From Ramazzottius varieornatus (lineage: Eukaryota; Animalia; Tardigrada), in contig BDGG01000001.1 of NCBI GenBank assembly GCA_001949185.1, positions 1,858,478 through 1,922,477 on the forward strand: DNA of 64,000 nt. Direction: 5' to 3'. The translations under genes and the position numbers were made by a program. Below are positions 50,397-62,921 of the stretch, in pieces; the first letter of the stretch is position 1, and each line of letters starts with the position of its first letter. The notes beneath the pieces are model-generated. The model was given only the letters and a program-made list of their open reading frames with translations. It was not told where the DNA came from and searched no databases.

Positions 50397-51190
50397 ATGG
50401 ATCCCTCTTTCCTGAACTTATTAGTGGTGATCTTGTTGCAAATTATAGCGGCCAGTGGACAGACTTATTATGAGATTTTGGGTGTTCAGCCAAACGCTTC
50501 GCCATCAGAGATTAAACGAGCTTTCCATGTATTAGCAAAGAAGTACCATCCGGATAAGAACGAGGATGGAAAACAACAATTTATTCGTGTTCGCCAAGGT
50601 AAGATCACACGCCTAGCTAGACCATTACGCTCGTGACTTCTGGAAATGTCAATTTTCCGCCATTCAAATCTTTTTGTATACTGGTAGCGTACGAGATACT
50701 GGCGGACGTCAATCAAAGACAGCGGTATGACTCCAAGCTGAAGTTTGAGTCGCTGTTTAAATCGGATCAAGCAAACCGACGGACAACCCAGAAGCCCATC
50801 CGGAAGTCACCCTCATCCCCCCGTAGTCCCGCTCGCAACATGGAAGCGAGCGACCTCATGGCTACCGTTCTGGAGATGTTCACGCAAAGTTTGGCTCCAC
50901 CTGCGCGATCCGGTCGGAATCCCAGAACGGCCCGAACGGTTCCGGCCGACAAAAAAGAAATATCTCTAATTTTTTCAATGTTAAACTACGGCTGGAAATA
51001 CTTCACGGAATTGTCGAACCCAGAAAAACCGGACGAGCGAAAACATCAGCAAAGCCCCGCGAGTGGTGACGGGCAGGAACGACCTACGATGATGTCCAAA
51101 CTGATCAATCTTTTTCACTCGTGCAACTACGCCTCTCCTTCGTTCTCAGTCCTCCGCTGCTGTCAGAGTCTCCTGTATCTGTTCCTTTGA
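50397..51190 (+). CDS. ER-targeted J-domain protein (DNAJB9/ERdj4-like), 2 exons
   Basis: Signal peptide, then TYYEILGV…[18 protein letters not shown]…/[15 protein letters not shown]; intron ~50599-50688. Confidence 0.85.
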
Positions 51191-52150
51191 AATTGAGCTA
51201 TCTGAATAACGGTCATCATTGCTCTGTGATTAACTTTGTGTGATAGAGAAATTCTGTCAAGATAACTTCAATACAGAGGTACAGAACACGTTTTGCGAGA
51301 GCTCCGCCCCAAAAGGCTGGCCTTCCAGCGGAGCTTTAGAATGAATCATAGACCGCTTGAGTCATCGTAGAAAGCTGTTCAGGCATTCTAAAGCCCATAA
51401 ATTGGGGAAACTATGGCAGGCCTGAGCTTATGGCGGAAGATGAAACGGAAATTTCTTGGCACTGAAAGTGGTCTCTACCCATTAATCTTCTGTTGTACGT
51501 ACGCGATTGGATCACACACAAGCTATAGCACATACGCCACGTGAGCATCGCTAACTTAGCGACTGCCAGCACCTGGTACTGCAGCCAACCTGGTACACTG
51601 GCAGTCGGCTAACACTGGTTTTTTCCCAGCGGCCGACCCACCAAAACCAATGGTCACTCGAGCAACACCAATGGTCAGCCACCAGTGGTCAGTCTAACAA
51701 GACCGATGGCCAACTTTTGGTAGTCAGTCTAGTGACAGCAGCAAGACCCATGGGTGGCGGTTCTACGTATATCCTGTTGATCGTGCAGTGCCTTCAAGTG
51801 GTACTATCAACAGGGTTATCAATTCCGTATTAATCAATAGGCCAACATCTTCGAATCAATAGTACAGAATTGACTGCTCACATCCGAGATCACGACTCAT
51901 GATTCATCAAAAAATCGTCAAAAAATTAGAAAAATCGGAAAAAATCAGGGAATCATCCTGAGTGGAGGATCGTGCTGTCTGGAGCTCGAGCTTCCTCTGG
52001 CTAGAGTCCCCTTGGGTATCTATGTTATCGGCGAACAGATAGAACAGCGACAGGATTGTGAGAAATTTGTTTACTGTCTTTCGAGCGGTTATCATCAATA
52101 CCAAAAAGACCCTTCAGGGATACTTTAGGGTTCCGCCTAGACTCTAGACG

Positions 52151-52426
52151 ATGGGTGTAGATGTGAGGATTGTCACGGTTGCAGTGCTCCTGATTGGCTT
52201 ATTGGCGTCCCATGTTCATTCAGCGAACAATACTCACGGTCATCTCTGCAAATGGCACGAATGTGGCCAGGAGTGCATACCAGGAAGCAGGGAGGTCTTG
52301 GTGAATCGTTGCGGGAAGAATAGGACCCCCTGCTGCAACATTGGAGGGAAAAAGCTTTGTTGTCCGAATGACCTCGACGTCGACCCAGCCCTCGCTGCAT
52401 CTGTTGCCGATGCTGGACACGAATAG
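52151..52426 (+). CDS. Small secreted 8-Cys protein, intronless
   Basis: Signal peptide followed by CKWHECGQECIPG…RCGKNRTPCCNIGGKKLCCP and an acidic tail. Confidence 0.75.
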   Translation: MGVDVRIVTVAVLLIGLLASHVHSANNTHGHLCKWHECGQECIPGSREVLVNRCGKNRTPCCNIGGKKLCCPNDLDVDPALAASVADAGHE

Positions 52427-54139
52427 AGATTAGCTTTATAGAGACTTCACACGCATGCATCATGCTCGAAACTAGATCAGTTTGCTAATTGCCTCTGATA
52501 TAATATCCCGAAACGATTTTACATTCTAATGACAAACCTTGTATAGTTCTTGTTTACGAACTGCGCAACCTACCGAGAGCATCTGGGTCTGATGGTTCCT
52601 GGCGACTCGGTTAAAAATACGGACGAGTTCTGCGAAGACAGCCCCACCACGCTTTGTCTTGCTACCGGACGGAAAATTTCATTACAGTAATTTTTGAGGA
52701 ATCGCAGATTTATATGCGGGTCCGTTTCTTTAGGAAGACTAAACCCAACCGAATAAAGTGGCGGACGTAACTAGTTGTAACGCACCGAACACAGTCCAGT
52801 ACACGTTACATGATATCACATCAAAGGATGTCAAACATGGTATTCGATCCGGATTCCAGACTTCAGAGTCCAGATCGTCGCAGCTAGTGCTACCCGTAAT
52901 TCGTTTCTAGCCTGCGGTTTCATAAACCTGAATTTTGCCAGATTGTGCTCGTTATACTGACATTACCCTTCTAGGCTTCCAGTCCGCAGGATCACCGACT
53001 TTACGGGAATGAGTCGCCGAGATGCACAGTGCGAATTGGCACGGTTGGCATTTGCTGTCGGTGACATTTTTTGGGAGAAGTTCGAAGAACCTCTCAACCA
53101 TGTCCGACGAAATCGCGGTTGCTGCTGGTGAAGGGGAGGAAGGTACTACTCCCCTGGCAGGGAAGCCTGACAAGTGCGATCTGGGTCCTCGGGGGAAACG
53201 CTGCTCTGTGGTCCAGTTGCCAATTGATACCGGTGGAGCTCGAAAAGACTTGTAACTTCCTCTGGGTCAAAAAGTCTGCCGATCAAGACATTACAGCACG
53301 ATATCGAGCAGAACGAGAACGAAGGAGACAAGAACGACACAGAAATGAAAACCGAGAATTTCAGAAGCATTGCGAAAGAATGCACAGAGGTCTCAAAAAG
53401 AACGAACCTGATGAGGGTCGACGAAAGTACAACTCTGGCGATTTATGTGATTCCAATTAGTCCTCCTCACAACTGGCTGTAAAGTTCGGTGGATTGTGTT
53501 GATTTTTTAAGTGGATTACCAAATTTCTGTGTCTAGATGAACAGCCCTCGAGCACCTTACAAAGAAAGCGAAACCTGATTATCTCCTGCACACTTGACTT
53601 GAAATTTCAAATTTGCATTTCTCTCTTGATTTCCGTTCCCCCTGTGCCTCACATGGCGGGATACCTGGTCTTGGTCGGTTTTCTTCATACCTATGATCGT
53701 CAAGGATATCGGGGATAGAGATTAGCCAGAAAGAAAGTCTGGAATTTCGGCCCTGTCACGAAGCAAAGTTTGCTTACAAACTACCCCGCGAAACTCGCGC
53801 ATTTCTGGCGCGTTAGCCGTTTTTTTCGAAGTTTTCAAATCTTGTTTCACTCACGACCAATTTCAGTTGATCAAGGAAGTTTAAACTTCAAATCAACTGG
53901 TTTCGAGATAAACAGCCCGTCGTGAGAAGGACTAATGAATACTCCGATTACTTACTAAACGCAAAGACCGTTAGCCTTTCATGGCTTCTATCATAAAAGC
54001 CATTATGACAGGAATCCTATTCCCTATTCGCGAGACCAGAGGTTGCTTTCATAGTGCTTCCACGACACGCCTCTTTCGAACAGCAGAAATTCTTTTTGCG
54101 TTCGCTATCAGTCTATAGTTCACTTGAAAAATAAAAATC

Positions 54140-57100
54140 TTATTCGACTGCGGTGGGAGTCGACGTGTCTTTCTTCTTGTCTAACATGTATTGGCTCTTG
54201 AGCAAAGAATATCGAGCAGGGTCAGCTAGCGGTAGTTCTTTCAGATTCAGTTCAACGGGATCCACATCATCGGCCGGCTTGATGGAGTGCCACCATGACG
54301 TTCGCTTGTCATGGAGCTCCTCGGTACAAGCCTTGCCAGTCACACCCAAACTTTGTCGTTGTTCATGCATGAATGTGTCGAAGAGCTCAATGGCTGCGTC
54401 TTCGTTTTCTAAACCCGTATTGTGCTACAAAAACAAAGTAAAAATAATTTCCGGGGTGAATTTTCTGCGACCCGAACATGGTTGAATTTTCAATTCTGTA
54501 TTTATACTTCGAGCTCAACGAACAATAGACCGGCACTCTGTCGGTTTGGGTCTTCCGGGTTCTTCACCATCCTCGTCTGGACAAGTATAGGCGAACATTC
54601 GTCGCCGGAGCCATCATCGCCATTAACCGACGATGTTACGCTGTCAATGTCGGTGGCGGCTTGTTTAACTTTAGGTACGGCTGACTTCTTGGCAGCTGAC
54701 CGCTCGTCCGGCTTGTTATCCTTCTTCACGATGGTGGACTCCGACTCGAACATGTCAGCAACGGAGACTGCGGGAGCCGGGGGCGGTCGTGGTAGAACCA
54801 CTTCCGGTTGGACTGGGCTCTCCCACATCAGCGCGGCGGCTTGTTCTTCTCGTTGCTTATTCACCGTCTCCATCAGCGTGAAGATACTCTCCGGAGTCAA
54901 TCGATTTGCTAAATAACACACAATATGTTTTATACTCTAAGAGGAACTTTTCCGAAGATCGGCGAAAAAGTCTACTAATCTTTCAAGTACCTGCATACAT
55001 TAAGTCGTGAGCTTAGCATTGAAAGAATGTATGCAGGTGACTGCTCGCCGTCAGGGCGTTTCAGACGCCCTAGCGTTCACATCTACATCGAACAGACATT
55101 AAAATCTATTGATTCTTAGTCGTCGATCCCGATAATTTCTGCGTACCGAAGTGTTATAGCTTACTTACACATCAAGTTGAGGACCTTAAGGGTGCGATTG
55201 CCATCACAAACTACACGATCGCCTTCCGTCACGATCATCCCGTCCAGTAACGCGTCAAACTTCTCCTGAAGAATGAACAGCTTGACACACACGATACTAC
55301 AGTAGATGAAGAATGAAACTACAGTGGAATGAGGCATACTTCCACTGTGACCATTGTGTAATACGGGCACTCCTTCGTCGGAACCTCCGCCGAGCTCTCC
55401 ACTTCCCCCTTCCGTCCCTTCACCTTCTTCACCGATAACTTCCGGTGTCCCGGTATAGCACTCGCCGCCACCCTCGGAGTATTTCTACTCACTCCCGTCG
55501 ACAAGCGACTTCTCTCACCGACCGGTAGCCTCCCTGTTGCTTCCGGCGAACGTGTCAGATCCGTGGTGGACACCACATTGGCCCCTTCCGCTTCAACCTT
55601 GCCGTCACACATCGCCACCGCCGACGGTCTGTTCTTACTGTCTAGCATATTTGTCATGCTGGCCTCGATAACCTCCAGATGAAATTTCGGGTTATCAGTC
55701 GATTCAACCGGAGGTTTAGGGGAAGAGACGGGGGATATTGGGACTCGAGGGGACTGTGGAAGGAAGTTGTGGGCTACAGCGGCTTCTTCTCGCCTACCAG
55801 CAAACATGAAGTGTGGGTCTCCGGCAAAACGCAGTAAGTCTTGCTGAATCTTCTCTGGCAGGGCCGATATGGTTACCGTGCCGTTGACGATACCTTGACA
55901 ATATTTCAAGAGGACGGCTTGGTAGTCGGCGGGCGTCTTACCAGTACTTCCATAAAGCCCTGTAGAACAGATATTATAATATTATCCCTTAGCTGATGAT
56001 GAAATCGTGGAAAATTGTCGAACATCCGTGAAACTTTCCAGGTAAAAGTTCGTCAAGTAAGATTGAGTAATTTGAACAAGCGTCAGAAAGTTGGCGCAAG
56101 GCACCATCTCACCTTTGAGTGTTTGTTTTTCGGCACGGAGCTGCTTCGTATCAACCTCGTGGTCAGTAGGAACCGACCACAGCTGCTTGGAACGGTCCAG
56201 CCAAATGTCGTAATCAGCCAATGCCATTTCTGAGTGGTTATGTTTCCTCAGATCGTTCGACAGTGCTGCCAACCGACTGTCCAGCGAGGCCGTCGGCGCC
56301 ACGTACATCCCATCTTGCGAGGACAGAGATGATACTGCGTGCGCGGGATGCGCAACAGCCATTACTTCTTCAGAGCCTTCAAGTTCCAGAACAGAAGCCG
56401 GATCGGCCAAGTCGTTGTGGCTTGCACTGGCCAACGACTCACCTTCGTCAGCGTGGTCTTTTAAAATTCAAAGTTCAAATCGAAAACATGTGAAAGAAGA
56501 CACAACTACTATGTCGGAAAACGATCACTTTCTCAAGTGGCGCACGTTTTCATGCCATTGGCTGAGAAAGTGCGCCACTTGGAAAAACGATCTTTGCCAA
56601 CATCCCAAGTACACGTACCTTTGTGATGTGCGTGGGTATCGTGGGCAGCCTTCAGTCGAGAAGGTACTTCCTTATTCATTTCGACTTTCGGGGAGACTTC
56701 GGTATCGTCGACATGGACCTGAGGTTGCGAGGTGTTGGAAGACGGTTGAACGTTCTTCGAGCCGCTTTTGTCAAGCTTTTTCTGTGGCGTACCTGGCTTG
56801 TCAACCTTACTACGTTCCGGATGAGCAGAGCCGGTCCCACGGGTGCCACCGGGAGGAGATGGTTTGACGGCGTTACCACCGGCACTTATCCGAGCTCCGC
56901 TCATCTATCAAAGCCAAACATTCAAGCTGTACTTCGCTAAACACTGTTCAACATCCAAATACCCTTGATCCCGCAGCACCTTTCTTATCGTCCTTATCCC
57001 GTTTCCGGTCATCTTTCTCGGAGCGAGTCTTCGCTTCCGCGTCCATGACTTGTTGATACTTCCGTTTCAATGCATACACAGCCTAATAAAAAACTTCCAT

Positions 57101-59348
57101 CGGAAAATCTTCATATTGAACGTAATATGCAAATGGAAGATCGGCTGAAGAAACGCCCAGCATCGCTAGTTCAAGTGGCGCCTGCCTTAGCTGATAACAA
57201 TGAAAACGTGCGCCACCTGAAATAACGTCTCGTTTGCCGGCCTACCAAATGTTGCTTTGCAAGCTTACTGGGTTGACAATAGGTGGTGTGAACTGGGCCT
57301 TCTTAGTCCTTCGTTCCAAGATTTCGTCCCGTGTGAGGATGAACCTTGTGAAGACGCACGAACACAGCATGTCGATGGCCCTGTCAGAAAGTCGGTTACC
57401 CGCCAGGGATAGTGTAGTCAGGGACCGGTTGAATCGCAGTATCTAAAAACAAGGTTGAAATAGTGTTAGGCATCAAAGAGGAAGAGGTGTGAGGATGGTT
57501 TACTTGAGCAAGATATTCCAAACCTCCGTCCGTGATTTTGTTCCTTGATAGATCGAGGTATTCTAAGCCGGGCTGATCTGGTGACCACTCACGGCTGTAT
57601 GTTTTCCAGGACGAGGAAAGGTTCTGAAGAGCTTTATCGTTCAAGTTAGCGAATCGTATTGTCAACGAACGTAACCTGAAAGGCACCATCATTATATGGC
57701 ACCATTATTATAATATTGCCACTTCCGCCTGGACGAAACTCAACGCAACATAAACTTACGTGCTCGACTTGCTTAAAACCAGACCATGGTTTTGCTCGGA
57801 AATGAAATTTCCATCAAGAGCTAAAAACCTAAACAAACAATCCTGTGGACTAAATCAGTAGAAAAGTTTATATTGTAGCAAAGACCCAAATGCTCTTACT
57901 CTAGATTAGGTATCCTGGGAATTACGTCCGACAAGAGGATCATATCAGACCCCTTTAGACCACAGTCGACTAGACTACAAAACGACCTACATGTCATTGA
58001 AAAAAACGTTGCAGATAGAAAACGTCGCATTGCTTACATCAAGGTGGTAAGTTTTTCCGCCACCACAAAACACTTTTGAAGTGCTTCCAACACCGGCCGA
58101 TCCACTATCCACCCTGCAAGGCAAGCGGCTGTAATGACAAAGCTTCGGTACTGTATAACCTCTAAGGTTTCGCACAGTCACGTGACACATCAGTGAATTA
58201 CACCCGGGGTCTCACATCACTGATTGTTTGATTGTGGTACATTGCTGCGCTTGATTGGTTAGGAACTTTTGAATGATGGCAGTGAAGTTTTTTATCCCCG
58301 CCATGCAATATTTACTGCCTGTCACGTGACTGCGCGAAACCTTAGAGGTAATACAGTAACCCTCTAGACTCGTACAATACAGGACGGGAATTTCTAACCT
58401 CGAACAGCAACTTCCTTGACTCGATTCTGCGTAAAAGGTTCATACACCACCTGCAGCGGTTTGGTCTCCGTTCCTTCCACCAAAGGCGCAGATGGATCTT
58501 GGGCGGAGGCTGGGTCGTTATCTGCAGAATCACTAAACATTACTTGAAATGCATGCAGCTAAATCATCTCCGACGAACCTTTCCCTTTGCCATAATCTTT
58601 CTCACGCCCTTTCGAAGTAAAGAGCCTTTCCGTCTTCTTGCTCGAAGTATCGAGTGCACTTGCACCCCGGGTTATATTATCCGTAATCGGTGACATTTTC
58701 TGCTCGACAGACTTGGGACTGCTTCCCTCCACTTTGCCACTGGTGATCTTACTTCCCTTCTTGTTATTCTTGTCTTTGGGCTCTTTGCTGCCACCTTTGT
58801 CCTTCTCGAAGACGCCTTTACCTTTCGAGTTCGAGTCCAGGAGAGACGTCTTTGGGTGTGGTTCAGTCCTCCCACCAGACGTCGCAACTTTGGCCAACTT
58901 GCCTATGTCGGGCGGTGGGGACTGTGACAGACGGGGCTCGTCGGACACGGGAAGTGGAGGAGCCGGAAGCTCGATACTTCGCCATAGCGAGTAATTCGGC
59001 TTAGCGATAAGCTTCGGAGCTTCTTCCGGTGCGACACCGGCTGCCTTCAGGCTTTGCTTGTAGTCCTCGAGGAAGTCGCCACTACACTGGTATTCATGAA
59101 CTACGAAAAAAGCAAAAATTAGAATGGACTATGGAGTGTAAAACCCTCAAAACCTTCGAAAGCAGCTGCTCCACTTTGTAGGCCACGTTTAGAGTTGGAT
59201 GAGCCGGTTTCCCCTCGTTTGTCTTCATCCTTCTGGTTCCTCTTCGTCCTCGAAACAGTTCTAAGTACAGCAAGATCATTACTAATTTTCTGCAACAATG
59301 AAGAAGTTCGATAAGGACATTACTTTTCACTTGCCTTTTGTCCGCCAT
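54140..59348 (-). CDS. LRRC71-like leucine-rich-repeat protein with long low-complexity insertions
   Basis: YQCSGDFLEDY; LALDGNFISEQ; LRSLTIRFANLNDKAL; LEYLDLSRNKITDGGLEYLAQILRFNRSLTTLSLAGNRLSD…FILTRDEILERR; GNRTLKVLNL…NRLT. These follow the order I recall for LRRC71. Ends approximate. Confidence 0.65.
58149..58358. mobile_element. 210-bp MITE-like element with about 39-bp TIRs in an LRRC71-like intron
   Basis: TACTGTATAACCTCTAAGGTTTCGCACAGTCACGTGACA … TGTCACGTGACTGCGCGAAACCTTAGAGGTAATACAGTA. Confidence 0.8.
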
Positions 59349-59684
59349 CTTCCATTCCGACAAAGCGAAGAATATCAAGAGTCCCTGCACATTCTAACGG
59401 AGGACTTAACGGAAGACCGCGTAGTTACCACGTGATAAACGCGAGCACCCGACCACACTGGCCAAATCTCGTACGTGGACAATGTCCGATTTTCGGGCCT
59501 CGTGCGCTAATTCACACGACGTAAAGTACTGTATAATCAGTTACTTCGCTTGGGCAGGATATCATTTTTTATGCGAGGACATAACGGGAAAGCGAGATAT
59601 CGCTGTCCATTACTCTACGGTTGATTTCGCGGAGTAGCCATCTCGAAAAAGGAAGCGTATGTTTAAAAAAAACAGACTGCAATA

Positions 59685-60823
59685 TCACGAACTTTGTTGC
59701 ACCATTTCGAGGGAGTTAGCGTACTGGAATTCCCCGCTGTTCTCGTACTCAGCCATGTCCAGTCCAATCTCGCAGCTTTCCCTAACCACTCTTTCGGGAT
59801 CATTCAAGTACCTCTTCAGCATATTGCTGCCGTATTCATCCGCGATGGAACCCAGTGCGTCCGCACATTCATGCCGTACCATCGGGTCTTGCTTGTCGTC
59901 CGCCAATGCATTCGACAGCTCCTTCACGCTAAGCGGACTTTGGATCTGTCCGAGAACGTAGGCAATCTCGTGTCGGAAAAGAGCTCCACCGGAATTCAAA
60001 CCTGCAACCAAGAAACAGAAAAATCAGCATTCGGTGCACAATTTCATCCGTTAGTTCTATTCACACCTTTCGTCAAAGCGCGGACAGCTGCGTCGGATCC
60101 GATGTTCCTCAAAGCGAACATGGCACTATAGCGGTTGAATAGGGTTTCCTTCTCGTCCAGTAGCTGCCTTTCCAACACGATTTCGTCTTTCTCCTCGCTG
60201 CACGGCGTTGGATCATGCGACAAGTACTGGCTCGTCAACAGACTCAGCTTTTCCGGGTTCTTCTGGATCCATTCGAGCCTTTCCAACGCTAGCTGGCACG
60301 TCTCGGAAACCTAATACAAACAACAGAAGCTGCTTCGGTGGTTTCGACTGAATCAAGTTAACGGTTGATGATTTCTACCTCACGGTTGGGATCATTAGCG
60401 AAGCGCTTCAGCACCGGAAGTGCGCGAGCATCGGAGATAGCTGCCAACCCTTCGCCTGCAAAGAAAGCAGGTCCTAGCACAGATCTCAGCTGGAATTCTG
60501 TCAATGCGCATACCTGCTTCGTGGCGTACGATGGGTTCCTGGGAAAGATCTTCGATGACGGAGATAAGAACGTCCACGGCATACGGATCGCGCATCTGCC
60601 CAAGACAATAAGCGCACTCGTGCTTTAGCAGTGCGGATGAGTCCTTGAAACCTCGAGCAATCACATCTACAGACTTCTTTCCTGGGAGATTTCGTAGTGT
60701 GAATAACGCTCGAAAACGTTCTTTCATGGGTCTGCTCTCGTCCACCAAGACAGCTCCGATCCGATCGTACAGGTCAGCCATGTCAATGGCATCTCCGCTT
60801 GCTTTGTTGGAATCGAAGACCAT
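59685..60823 (-). CDS. DOHH: Deoxyhypusine hydroxylase, 4 exons
   Basis: [88 protein letters not shown]; four HE motifs. Confidence 0.96.
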
Positions 60824-61355
60824 GGTTCCTCCGCGCGACTGCTTTGCTGCTCTGACGTCTAAGACGGTGGTTGATGCGTGGCGTTGTGGAAGACAGCGTT
60901 CTACGCAGGTTCCGGAAAACGAGAACGATAATTCTCTGGAGAAAAGAACTTCCGGCGAGAACAAATTTCTTAATTCCCAGTATCCCACTTCCCAGTACAC
61001 TGTCGAACGATCAACAATCAACTGAAGAAGCTTGCTCGACAGCTGAGCGCATGGCCGGCGTGGGCCCATGGGCTGCATGATGCACTATTTGGTGCATTCA
61101 GGGCGCACCAGCTTATATTCTAGATGCCTGCGCATCTTTGAGGCGGGGTATGTTTCTACACATTAATGAGGTCTGAATTTCCCGTTTAATGGATGACGTC
61201 AATTGCTGCACTCAAGCAGAAAACTTGCCGAAGAACCATAAGAAAATTTCTTACCCCTGATTCTCTAGTTCACCTCTAGTTCGTCGTGATCTTGTATATC
61301 CCGAATATCCTGGTGCCTTCTGATCTTCTGGAGCGTGCGTACGGAATCCCTTATC
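60824..61355. promoter_or_regulatory. Probable bidirectional promoter between DOHH and RPL24
   Basis: Head-to-head start codons about 530 bp apart, with pyrimidine-rich tracts upstream of RPL24 (~61246-61280). Confidence 0.5.
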
Positions 61356-62197
61356 ATGAAGTAAGAGACGGTTCTTACAGGCAAAGCTTGAACAGTCAGT
61401 TTCACCGAAGTATGGTTTAACGTTTGATTGTTGCTTTACAGGACCGAACTTTGTAACTTCAGTGGTTACAAGATCCATCCTGGACGTGGCAAGAGGACAG
61501 TTAGGATAGACGGAAAGGTAAATGATCCCTTGGCAGCGCAGAAAGCGTGCTGTAAGGTAACGGATGCGGTCTTTGCAGCTGTTGAACTTTTTGAACTCCA
61601 AGTCCGAAAAGTCATTCCTCAGACTTCACCGGAATCCTCGTGAGATCAGATGGACCGTCCTCTACCGAAGGAAGTACAAAAAGGGACAACAAGAAGAGGC
61701 TGTCAAGAAGCGCGTTCGTCGTGTTGTGAAGGTCCAGCGCGCTATTGCTGGAGCGTCCATCACTGAAATCACCGCTAAGCGCAACCAGAAGCCCGAAGTG
61801 AGGAAAGCTCAGCGAGATGAAGCCATCAAGTGAGATTCCTGCTCCCGACTTGTCCTTCGCTGTTATCGGTTACTGATGTACCTTGTTTCAGAGCCGCTAA
61901 GGATAAACTGAGAGCGAAGAAGACTGCCAAGAAGGCCCAACAATCAGCTGTGAGTTTTCCGATGAGATGATCAATCAAATTTTACGCTTGTTTACCAATC
62001 AATCGACAGATTGTGAGTTGTGACCTGATGATTGTCTTAGAAAAAGGTTATTTGGTTGAGTTTCATATGATGGTCCCGTTTTTTCTTTCTGCCAGGTTCT
62101 CAAGGAGCAACAGAAAACACAGAAGACCAAGCCTGCCAAGATGCCTCAACAGAAGGGTCCAGCTGGAGCTGGCGGACGTGTTGGTGGCAAGCGATGA
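61356..62197 (+). CDS. RPL24: 60S ribosomal protein L24, 5 exons (first coding exon ATGAA only)
   Basis: [27 protein letters not shown]/…[19 protein letters not shown]…[33 protein letters not shown]…GGRVGGKR*. Confidence 0.97.
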
Positions 62198-62921
62198 ACT
62201 TGATGTTGTTCTGTTCAGATTTACTTCCGCCGTATCGAAAACTTTGTGTACATCGGCATACTCGGATCGCTCGTGAGCTTTTTCGGTTTCCACCCTTGGT
62301 TCTTACCCCAAGTAACTTCTGTTCCATCTTTGATAATTACCTTTGTCAGAATGACACTGATGATGCCGTAACATGAAGTGTTCGACTTACTTGTTTGGAT
62401 GCTTTAGAAACTGCGAATCTAGACCCTACAGCAAGTTGAACGTAGGCTTCTTCGCATAATAAGAGCTCGGCATTCGGCAACCAGTGTCTAGTGTCTATTC
62501 ACGAATAGGCCCTGGGCACACAGACTCAGCAAGTTTGTTTGCCCAAGTGGCGCACGTCTTCGGTCTTCTGGCTGGAAGCGTGCGCCACTTGCAACAACGA
62601 TCTTCGAGCCGGTTCGCACCCGGCTACACAGACTGGACAGTTCGTCTCCTGCGCTCCGCCCCCCAGTTGCCTCGTTATTCCTTTGTCTTTCAGCTGATCA
62701 GCTTTCTGGATCGGCTAACAGATAACCAGAGAAAATTCCACCTCATCCTCACCTTATTCACCCTTGTTCAACTAATGTCTTGATTTCCTCCATCTTGAAC
62801 TTCCTTTGCTCTCCCCAGCTGGGGTTCGTTTCTTGGGTTAAGGGACCTCAGATCGCGCCTGTTTCCGTTACTGTACCGGCATAGGGGTTATGAATCTTTC
62901 GATCAGGAATTGCCAGCGATA

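Larger units (their letters stand above)
785..62590. repeat. Dispersed palindromic element family AAGTGGCGCAC-N24/25-GTGCGCCACTT (about 25-30 units; span gives first to last copy)
   Basis: Cores near 786, 4418, 5671, 11561, 12488, 14155+14228, 15753+15826+15899, 18680, 19396, 20607, 21926, 23726, 25191, 33188, 35312+35384, 36269, 37295, 37977, 41232+41303, 45445, 56535, 57173, 62545. Half or decayed copies near 22341, 26188, 44422. Outer degenerate arms (…TCGGCAAGCAAACTCGACCAGATCGTTTT…) extend units to about 120-150 bp. Confidence 0.92.

Noticed and set aside
51560-51740. Degenerate ACCAATGGTCA-type repeats
   Set aside because: Too short and irregular to define a unit or element.
53022-53460. 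Two short plus-strand ORFs with a charged tail
   Set aside because: They cannot be joined by a convincing intron and no family is recognised.
785-62590. Palindrome family as introner elements that create whole introns
   Set aside because: Copies usually sit inside introns with unrelated flanks and do not define both splice sites; some are intergenic or in UTRs.
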